A stretch of DNA of 64,000 bases from Psilocybe cubensis (Eukaryota), in the NCBI GenBank assembly GCA_017499595.2, contig CM039000.1:4092001-4156000 (forward strand). The letters are read 5' to 3'. This document shows, one piece after another, positions 12,481-23,159 of the stretch; position 1 is the stretch's first letter, and each line of letters opens with the position of its first letter. Made by a program: the position numbers and the translations under genes. The notes below the pieces were generated by a model. The model did not search any database and was not told the DNA's origin. It worked only from the letters and a program-made list of their open reading frames with translations.

Positions 12481-14769
12481 CTTAACAAAGCGGCCTTAGC
12501 TCTGTAGCTCGTTTGCTTCTTTCAACGGGACCGACCATTTCCAAGGATCACTGGATAGAAAACGACGAGGTAGACGGGCAACAAAGTGTGAGGCGGAGGC
12601 AATTCATGAGTAGATCAAGCGCTAAAGAGTCTCATCTTGAGAGTAGTGGGAGTCCGTATAGCCGCGAGAGTACATGCCTTCCTCCTGTGGGTGTGGTAAC
12701 GGTTTAGTTGTAATTGAACGAAGACTTGCCAGTGGCAGGCGACCAACAGACCACCGGCAATCAACCGGCACACATCAATTTCCCACGAGCTTGTTTGGTC
12801 TTCAACAACAGTTGATCACTGCATCTTTGCAGCAGTTATTATAAGAACATACTCTAACATACTAGAAATCACTCATCTTTTGCCTACTGTACTGACTGTA
12901 TTGCTAGGGCTACCTTGTAAAAATTTACCACACTGTTGAATCTGTTATCCGTCCACAGATGCTCTGAGTAGTAGCTGAGACCCTTCAAAGTTCAAACGCC
13001 AAGAGAGACAGTAGACTTATCATCTTCCTTCCGATTGGCGCATAGATTATCCAATTTCTTTAAATTCTTACCGTAATACCTCGTAATACTGACCTGGAAC
13101 TTCCAGCACCTTCCCGCTAACACGTTTTGAATTTGGAAGCATGAAGAGTCTAGCTCATTCTGGAGTGGGTCCTGGCATCAATGCAGACTTAGACTCTGTC
13201 TTTCTGATTGCCGGATTTCTTCGACGTCTCATTACTTAAGAAGTTGACGTCGAGGCACCCACTAAAGTACCTATTGAGCCATGAGTGCATTCAGTAGTGC
13301 ACAATATCCCATTAAGGTCATTGCTACAGGAACACTGGAGATAATTAAAGGGACATCCGGACCATGCAACCCAACGTTGTAGTCCAATATAGACATTTGT
13401 CAACTTCAACCATTCTTCAGATTATTCCCATTCAATAAACTGTTGGTCAAATACTCGTTGACGTCCATGTGAGGCAGTGATTTTGTTGTTCAAGGATAAC
13501 CATTAGCAAGCTAGCCCGAATTATAAGCTCAAAGCGGCAAACACTCGCTTGTACTGTAATTCAAAATGTACGGAATATACGCAGCATTCTTTTCAACCAT
13601 TTGGGCCTTGGGAGTCAAATGGGGACATGCTCCCGACCCATATTCATGAGCGCTAGCCATTCGTAGGAGAAGGATATTGAAACTACCGCACACGTGTACT
13701 TAGATAAATCACTTTACGTACCTTTCGCGGGACAGGTGTTGCCTTCCGTCACTCCCTTAAGCAAGGCAACCCGAAGTTCGGGTTCGCGTAAGATGTTGTC
13801 AGGATCTTTGCCCTAATTTTTCGCTTCTCTTGTTTTTCATATACACGCGATTGGTACCATGGTGAGAGGTTACGTGTGTAAATGAAGTGGGTGAGTCTGA
13901 GATTGCCAGCGCAAAGTCGTTGTACTTTCGACTTTCACATGCTAGCCATTCACGCTAACAGGTGCTGCTTGCTTTGTGCTTGCTAACTGCATTTGAGATT
14001 GTGTTGAGATCTTTCGCGTTCGCCAAAAGTAGCCAAGTGAACGTGATTTGTCAGAAGGAGTATCTTTTTTTTTTCTTCCGTTCACGACGCGGCGGAGGTT
14101 ACTGCTTTCTTGTCACAGAGGTCATAGATGAGCAATGCTTATCCATGTTCGCTGTAACCCGATATAGTTTTTTCCTAAATTCGGACCAATACATCATTCA
14201 CGACTCCAGGATGTGGACATTACCAAAACATTCAGCGCATGAATAAGTGACGTTGTACCTGTGTCACCATGGGTGTCCACTTTGGACAGAGGAAGGGGGG
14301 AATGGAATTTCTGACCCGCGTACCGTGTCCACTGTCCTAAGTCACAAGTGTGTTACCAAGCTGAAGACGAAATGAAATTAGTTCAGTCGATCACATCGTG
14401 TAGACCTAAATAGCCGATGGCATGACGCGTGAAGCTAGTAACACAAGGGATGGAAGAGGTGGTTTGCGTGCCAGCGACATGCGCCGAGCAGTGTTACGAA
14501 AATTGTACTCCAACCTATGCTTCTACTAATTCAGTCGATTAATTCACACAAAATTATGAAAAGCCGACGACTAAATCGGCGGTGAATCGAGCACAATCCC
14601 GTCATGACAGACGTTTTGAGCTATAGTGGTTCAAGGCAGTGACGGAATGCAATCTGTGCGATAGAAAATTTTGGATGGCCTGATATCTGTGGGCAGAATA
14701 TAAATTCACAGATAAATTGCATTTCTTATCAACATTTCTCCTCCCGAATTCAATCCTCTGTCTGTTTAC

Positions 14770-16290
14770 ATGGCCTGCGTCGATACAAGTATGTTTATCA
14801 TTTGTATCACAGGCGTAAACCTGCTAACTATAGTTCTACAGACAACCTCGCCGACGAACGCAGCAAGTCCTTCGTCTGGCCTATTTCTTATGGCTTCGAT
14901 TACATGTCTGATTGCGTTGAGAGCTTACCTTTATCAAAAGATAACTCTGATGCCGTCACTGTTCCATTCCCTCCATTGTTAATGGAGAGTGATCCCAAAG
15001 TCAACGATGCCAGCATCTCGCTGCACCCTGCCGACGCTGGTCTTCCATGGCACACTTCGATACCCTTCCTCCGGCAAACGAAGCACTGGAGAAGTGTCCT
15101 ATCTATTACCCGCCGGCTCCTGGAACTCTTTGCTGACGCGGGCTCGGACGACACCGCGAGTAAAATCTGCTTAGATATCGATGCTGCGTTTGCGCAAGGA
15201 ATGGTAAACACCTGGGCCGAGGTGGCGAAGGCAGAAATACCCATCATTTTCGATAGCTGGAGCCGGTTTAATGCATACTTTTGGGTTGCGGCTGACGAAC
15301 GGAGGGTGGAACTAATGACTGCGGCCAATGGGTTGATCATTATTTTTGACGGTGAGCTATAAATAACCCCTTCTTCGCTCATTTTTCGTGTCCGCTGATT
15401 AAAAAGCCCACTTCATTTTTAGATGTTTGGGAGACCAAGGATTCCGAGGCAGTACGTCTTTCCATATCTATTTATGTTATCTTTTTATTAAATTTATTGT
15501 ACGCGCAGATTCACAAGATTCAAGCCGAATTTCTGTCGCGTTTCAAGGTACGCGACAGTGGACGTGGGCGTGGTTTCCCCAATGTTCGGGAGGAAGACAC
15601 TACCCCACTCCAGGCCTTCATAACGGATGTCATACAAGGTTTCTACGAGGAAGACACGAAAGGCGGTAATGGTGGAAAGGAAGTTGTCGACCGGATGGTC
15701 GAGTTCATCAACCACCGCCCTCCGGCACGGGAGTTTACCACGCTTCGCGAGTTCCTCGATTACAGGATTAAAGATGCGGCCGTCGAGTGAGTATTCTATC
15801 TGTAATTGATTTTGATTGTGTATGCTTAGCTTGCTGTCCTAGGTTTACGTTTACTGGAGTCAAATTCTCTCTGCGATCGAACGTCAACATGGAGAGCCCC
15901 AGGATTGCACGCTTCATGAGTCTCGCATCAGACCATGTGTGCTACGTTAACGATTTGGGATCCTACGACAAGGAGAAAGCTGCATACGAAAGAGGAGAGA
16001 TCGTGTATATGCTCAATGCAGTCGACTTTGTGCGCAGGATGTATAACCTCCCCGACGATCGCAGTGCGAAGCGGGCCACACTGCAGCTGCAGATGCAGCT
16101 TGAGAGAGAGATGGCAAGCGAGTTAGATCGGCTGCAGCGCCTCGTAAGAGAGTGCAGCAAGGCAGATGAAGCACCCAGCATGGAGGAGTTGGAGTTTGTG
16201 GAGGCGGTGGTGTATATTGTGACCGGAAATATCTTTACTTCGGTAGTCATGTCAAGGTATGGTGGAAAGGCTGCACGATTGAGCTTGTGA
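14770..16290 (+). CDS. Class I terpene synthase, paralogue 3 (TS3), 5 exons, most divergent copy
   Basis: MACVDT|NNLADERS...IIIFD|DVWETKDSEA|...YRIKDAAVE|...NDLGSYDKE...SRYGG; same intron positions. Confidence 0.9.
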
Positions 16291-16639
16291 GGGGTGGATT
16301 GGCTTATTAAACAGCGAGGTTGGCAGTTCGATAAATGTATTATAGCCCATTGACCTTAGCGCCTGTAAATAGTATGTATAATGATATGTAATGAATGTTC
16401 ATTAGGAGGTTTTTGCGGTCTCCAACAATTGCAACAGATTGCGTAAAACTCCCATTATCTGGGGTCTACACCAGGAGCAGAACAAGGTGATGATAACCTT
16501 TAGTATAACAGGAATTAAGGTGACGATTTATTGTCGTTTTCAGAGAAGAACCGTCAAGGAATAACAAAAACAAGGCGTTACATTTGAATTACCGATAGTA
16601 CTGGGATGTTCATATATGTAGCTTTCGTAGATTGATGTA

Positions 16640-17180
16640 GCGTGCTTTTACCTCGTTGTTCTCAGGCAATTTGTGCAGGTCTTTTCAAAGTGCAGGAGTG
16701 TGCCTACCAGCCTTCAAGCTTCAAGCTGAACTTGCCCAATGCTGCCGAGAGTGCCGTGTTCGCCTGGCCAGTTTTATCAATTAACGTTCAATCTCCGATC
16801 ATGCACGGGCGTCAGCTGACAGCTGGCCAATGCGAAACGTTCCATGTTGCCCAAGTCCTGTCTCAACCATTTCTGTTTTTGCGACTTATATTCGTCCCTG
16901 TATTCTGTCTGGATGACCCGGTGTATCATTATCGTATTCTCCAATAGCGACGTCCCGATTCTGCGAAAATGCCCTACTTCACTGGTTTCCAGTGTCAATG
17001 TCATTGCTGCATCGTTTCTTCTACCTTCTACGGCCTGATTTCCTCGATACAACTTTCGATGGTCATGAAAACCAATCAGATAATATGCTAGCGCTATGCG
17101 TCTGGTGTCTGGGAGTGTCTCAGCGTTCTTTCGAGCTCCTCTTCAAAATTAGCCCGATTTGTTTATGTGAAGAAGATGTT
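16640..17180 (-). pseudogene. Possible decayed NB-ARC/TPR (NLR-like) gene remnant
   Basis: IMIHRVIQTEYR resembles the winged-helix HRLIQ segment; a TPR-like GTLGSIGQVQLE..LLHFEK follows in another frame with stops. Weak resemblance only. Confidence 0.25.
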
Positions 17181-17478
17181 ATACTGGCGAAATGAAGCTG
17201 CGTCGACTTCAACACAGTTTCGATTTGAGCTGTATACACATGCGGAGTACCTGTACCCTGCTGTAATGGTGTACCCTCACAACTTAATTAACGGCGTTAA
17301 ATTGGTTGTGATTCGTTGAAAGCCATGTCTTTGGAAAGCCATGTCTCTGATATACGCCCATCGATGCTTGATGGGTTACCGAAGATGCCTGATGTCAATT
17401 GCGAAGTCACATACCCATTCACATGTTATGCTACTGTTGCTCCTATTCGCTACATTGTTGTCTAGTTCCAAAACCAAC

Positions 17479-18941
17479 TTAGGATATAAGTCGTGCGACA
17501 TCCCCTCCATAACGGGACATGACCACTGAAGCAAATGTATTGCCCATTGATAAATGGAGCACGGCTTCGCAATATTCAAGCTCCTCGGCAGTAGCTTTGC
17601 CCGATGCACGAAGCTGTTCAAGCTCCGTTCCGATTTCTATCTCGGTCTGCTTTTGAAGAGCAAGGGTAACTGACTTTGCGGTGACATCATCAGGAAGGTT
17701 GAACAGTTTCTTGATCACGTCAACCGCGTTAATGATGTACGAGACACGACCTTGATTATATGCCTGTTTCTCCTTTTCGTATGAGCCAAGGTCGTTAGAG
17801 TAGCAGATATGCTCTAATGAAAGCCTGATAAACCGTTTAATGGTAGGACTGTCAATCTGAACACTGGAGTGTAGGGAGAATTTGACACCTGCAAGGCCGT
17901 ATCTGATATCATTTTGTGTCGGTGTCAAGTACATTTCTCAGAGACAATGCTAAAGCAGCTTACTGTGCAGCCATATCGACAATGCGGTAATCCACATACT
18001 CTCTCAGCGTATTGTAAGTCTTGGCGGGAGGAGGGTGGTTGATGAAATCGATCAGGTACTTCACGACGTCCTTGCCGCCATCTCCTCCTTTCAGATCTTC
18101 ATCATAATACCCTTGTATAACTTGAGTTATCATAGCCTGGAGGGGTGTGAGGTTCCGCTCCCTCTCGGATAAAGAAGTCTCAGAGTCCGGTAGTTTCAGG
18201 CAAGAAATAAATTCGGACTGAATGATGCGAATCTGCTCGTAGTATTAGATTTAGTATTTAGTTTACTCAGAGTATATTCATTTAGGTTTGAATGACCCAC
18301 TGTTTCTTCATCTTGCATCTCCCATACATCTTGAGGATAAATTAGACGGAGATCTAATACGAGTTAATTATATCTTACCATCAAAGATGAACAATAAGGT
18401 CATAGTAGCGGAGAGCAGCTCGAGCCTCCTCTCATCAGCGGCAGGCCACAGATAAAAGGTAAATCTAGGCCAACTGTGATCTATGACGCGTAGCTCCTTT
18501 TTAGCCATATTCGCATATGACTTGGACCCTCTGTAAAGAGTAGTATTGGCAATGTCGTCCTCTGCAAATAGATTTAGCAGCTTTGTGACCATAGATAATG
18601 CAGCTTTCCAATGTTTGGTCTGCCTCAGAACTGGAATGGTACAATGCCAGGGAAGACCTGCAGCGGCGGGATATAGCTTGATGCTATTCTCGTTCATCTT
18701 CGCCGAGTCATCTATTAATAAACGAGGGAATGATGAGAGAGGTTCTCCAGCGCTTTTGTCACAAGACTCTAAGATATCGCGTATTTGAGTTGGCGAGAGG
18801 TCTGGGCAGCCAGCCATATAATCGTATCGATATGAAATGGGAGCGATGTAGCATTCGTCCCCCGGATCTGTAAAATTAACTGCGAAGTTGTGTGAGCAGT
18901 AATACTCATAAACTCTGAACAGCTATAAAAGACTTACTCAT
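17479..18941 (-). CDS. Class I terpene synthase, paralogue 4 (TS4), 5 exons
   Basis: LFIFD|DVWEMQDEET|...YRIVDMAAQ|...NDLGSYEKE...SRYGG. The first ATG seen in TS1 and TS5 reads ACG here, leaving ATG at 18941 and a 4-nt coding first exon. Confidence 0.88.
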
Positions 18942-20096
18942 ACGCGTTTCAGAGAAAAGAGAGATGTTATGAGGACTCGGAACACGCAAAGGTGGTTGTT
19001 ATTTTGTTCAGTTATCCAGCAACATGGCTACATTTTATACATTTTGGTAAAGATAAGAAGTTATTAGTAATATAGATTCAATTGTCAACACCCGAACAAG
19101 AGCAGGCGAGTTATGTGTGCATCATTTAATATCTTCTTCCTGTACGAAAAAACCTTTCCCATCCCGTTCACGTTCTCCGTCTTCTTATGAAATTACAATC
19201 ACACTGAATACTTTTGTCAAGGTCAGGGAAAGGTGATCCACACCGCTGTGCAGATGCCAGGTCCCATTTGTTGTCAGAATGATCCTTCAGAAACCACTGG
19301 CATTCTGCTGTCTGATGCTACCTCGGCACTTAAGTGTCTCCATGATGTATCTAACGATTTTAAACGTAAAAATTCCCTGGTTTTGCTTCTGGTCTTTCTG
19401 CATGGTCGAAGCCGAATAACATGCGATTGCAGAAGGTCCCGTGCTACCATACAGATATTTAGTTGGCCATTTATTTCCACCTTTCCCGAAGAGCACATTC
19501 TAAACTTATTTTTCAATAGGACACTGCCTGTCCACCACTGATCCTCGTGTGTGTTTTCCATCAAGCTGATAACATAAATGCATTAGTATGCCATGCTATC
19601 AATGAAATAGCTCCGTCAAGTTCAAGTTCGTGTAGACTTCTCAAACGATTCAGGTCGCGCTCCACAAAGTTTTCAATCATGGAAAAGGGAACGAAATCGT
19701 GGTATTCACTCCAGATGTTGACCCTGTGGATACATCAAAGCATGGTGACCAACTTGATAATGTGGTCCCCTACCTCGCCGCGTTATACGATGTCATGTGG
19801 GTTCAATCTCTACCCATCAAGCCACGGTTCACATAACAGTAAGAGATAAATAAACAGAAAGTAGCACCCGTTTATGCTTTGCATAATTGGAATGAAAACT
19901 CATATCTTTTTACTCTAGCAATGACACAGGATGGAGATAGGCAAGTGTTATTGCAATGATTTATTAGCCATTGAAGACTGTCTTTAAATTTTGAATTCAT
20001 GAAGGTTAACGGAGGTGGTATGATGCCGTAAAGTTGTTGAAGTACATCACTTGCGACGCGGTGGGCTTTTCCTTGTTTTAGATGTCCCCAGTTTGA

Positions 20097-21437
20097 TTAG
20101 ACAATCGCTAGATTAAGCTCCCTTCCCATCTCCATCTCGGTTTGCTTTTGAAGTGCGAGTGTAGCCGACTTTGCTGTGGCATCATCTGGAAGCTTGAACA
20201 ATCTCTTCACCACGTCAACCGTGTTAATGAAATACAAGGCATGTCCTCGATCATATGCCTCCTTCTCCTTCTCATACGAGCCAAGGTCGTTGGCATAACA
20301 GATCTGTTCTAATGCAAGTCTGTTGAAGCGTTTAATACCTGGACTGTCAATCTGAACACTCGAATTCAGGGAGAATTTGGCACATGCGAAGACATATCTG
20401 GAATCATTTATATATGTTAGTCACCTGTTATAGAGAAGGTATTGAAGCATCGTACTGGGCAGCGGCATCATCTATGCGATAGTTGAGAAACTCACTGAGC
20501 GTACTGTACTCCTTGTCTGGGGGAGGGTGATTAAAATACTCGATTAACCACTTGATGATGTCCTTTCCTCCATTTCCACCTTTAGAGTCTTCCTCATGAA
20601 GCCCTTGTATAACCTGAGTAATCATTGTCTGTAGGGGTGTGACTTTCTTCTTCCGCTCTGATGAACCCATCTCAGAGTCCGGTGGTCTCAGCAAAGAAAT
20701 GCATTCAGACTGAATGATACGATTCTGCGCGTAGCATTAACTTTATTATTTAGTTCCATAAATAATTTTTTGCTTTAAATGACCCACTGTTTCTTCATCC
20801 TGCATCTCCCAAACATCTTGAAGAAAATTAGACTGCGATCCTATACGAGGTGATTATATCTTACCATCGATGATGAATATGAAGGCCATAGTGGCGGACA
20901 TGAGCTCGAGCCTCCTCTTATCAGCGGCGGGCCACATATACAAAGAAAATCGAGACCAATTGTGATTTACGCCGTGTATCTCCTGTTTCGCAATCTTTGC
21001 ATGCAACCTAGACCCTCTGTGAAGAATTGCATGAGCAAAGTCGTCCTCTGCAAATAGATTTAGAAGCTTGGTGGTCATCGAAATTACGGATTTCCAGTGT
21101 TTGTTTTGCCTCAGCACTGGGATAGTAGAATGCCATGGAAAGCCTGCAGCCGCGGGATGTAACTTGATGCTGTTCTCAGTCATCTTTGCCGAGTTGTTGA
21201 TTAATAAGCGAGGGAACGACGTAAGCGGCTCTCCAGAGCTTGTGTTACAAGGCGCCAAAATCTCGCGTCTTTGTGTTTCTGATAGGTCCGGACAGCCAGC
21301 CATGTAGTCGTATCGATATAAAATAGGAGCGATATAGGACTCGTCCCCCGGCTCTGTGAGATTGACTGCGAAGCTGCGTGAGCACACGCATAAACTCTGA
21401 ACAGTTTTAAAACAACTAAACACCTACTCATACGCAT
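20097..21437 (-). pseudogene. Class I terpene synthase paralogue 5 (TS5), 3'-truncated
   Basis: FIID|DVWEMQDEET, YRIDDAAAQ and NDLGSYEKE are present, but homology stops after TEMEMGREL (then NLAIV-stop at 20097). The last helix and the SRY motif are missing. Confidence 0.82.
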
Positions 21438-21889
21438 TAAGGCTCCAACCGTTTAGTTTCCGTTTAAATTTTTTTACAAACTAAACGGAAACGGTAATAA
21501 ACAGTTTACAAACGTTTATAAACGTTTGTAAACAGTAAGCTCGAGGGTGGCTACAAGGGCAGGCGTTCAACAGCGTTCAACGCATCACTTGTCCTAATGC
21601 GGCCCATTTGCCAAGGAATATAATAGTCGGCACCTAATTGGTACAAAAATGTGACCAAAACAAGAGTGCAAATGAGTTAGTTTGGTGTAAAGAATAAAAG
21701 ATGAATCATTTGATGTAATACGCACCTAATATTGTCCAAAAAAGAGATATACTTTAGCACAAAAATCTGTTACCGTTTGAACCGTTTATAAACGTTTGTA
21801 AACTGTTTAACAAGGCTCGTAAACTAAACGAAACGGTAAATGGTATATACGGTTTACAAACGAAAACAAATGAAACGGTTGGAGCCTTA
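21438..21889. mobile_element. hAT-type MITE (452 bp)
   Basis: Terminal inverted repeat TAAGGCTCCAACCGTTT...AAACGGTTGGAGCCTTA, exact 8-bp direct repeat ATACGCAT at 21430-21437 and 21890-21897, and subterminal AAACG/CGTTT repeats. An 8-bp TSD is the hAT signature. Confidence 0.88.
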
Positions 21890-23086
21890 ATACGCATTTC
21901 CCCGGAGAACATAATGGAGGTTGTTATCTTGTTCAGTTGTACAACGATGCACGTCCACATTTTATACAGTTTGGTAAAGATAAGAAGCCATTAATACGCA
22001 TTCAGAGTGTGTTGAACATGGGCATTTAACAACCGGACATGAGCAGAAGAGTCAAGTGTGCATCATTTATTATCATCTTCCTGCCATACAAAACGGCCTT
22101 CTCCGTTCTATTCAGGTTATACATCTTCTCATAAAGTTAAAATCACACTGGGTGAGCTTTTTCTAGGCCAGAGAAGGGAGACCTGCCCCGCCCTGGAGAT
22201 GCAAGGTACCATATTTTTGGCAGAATGATTGATTTCTGTGAATCGAACTTCAGGAAATACTGGTATTTTGCCGCATGGGGCCACCCCAGGCACTCAACTA
22301 TCTCCATGATGTAACTGACGATCGTAAAAGTGAAAAATTCCCTGGCTTTGCTTGTGGTCCCGATTGCAGACCATCCCGTAGCTGCGATGAACCACTAATA
22401 CCCGCGAGAGTTTTCATATCAAGGTGACAAAAAAAAATGCTTTAGGATCCCATGCCATCGGTAAAATTACTCCATCAACATTGAAGTGTTCTTCTTCTAG
22501 AATGAAAACATAAATAATACCCACCTGAATTGGCCTAGGAATCAGCTGACTGAGAGACTGAGATGTGTGTCAAAGAATGTATACGCCTTCCTTCTACCTT
22601 TTCAATCATGATATGATTTGCATGAAGATGAAAAGGGCGAGTTGGTGTGCGGGGCCGGGAGCGCGTTCAGTTCATGTCGCATTTCCATCTTATCCATGGT
22701 TAAACGTTAAAGGTGCAAGCCTACAATGGATGGGAGCTACTGATAAGAACTCAGAAGTAGAACGGGGGCCTGCCTGGCTGCACATTGTCAGTCATACATC
22801 AAGCAAATATACCGATGCCTCAGACCGCCCTTTAGTATCTCATCCTGTAGGTCTTACCGCAAACAAAGAGAAAGTAGAAAAAAAAAAAGAAACAGAAAAA
22901 GGGAAAGGAGAAAAGCAGTGTCGAATCAATTAAACACTCTAAAATACAACTTGACGACCCAAACCACATCCAAACCACACCCCAAACACCGTAGAGTTGG
23001 TATTGGTATCATTAGCAACCCCCACGATGACGACGACGACGACGACGACCACATACACTTCCATACCCACATTTCCACTTTCGTGA

Positions 23087-23125
23087 TTAAGCGATCTTGA
23101 CTGTCTAAACCACAACAAAAAAAGG

Positions 23126-23159
<34 letters not shown>

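Noticed and set aside
5569-22400. Classical terpene biosynthetic cluster with tailoring enzymes
   Set aside because: No P450, oxidoreductase, prenyltransferase, transporter or regulator was recognisable in or beside the array.
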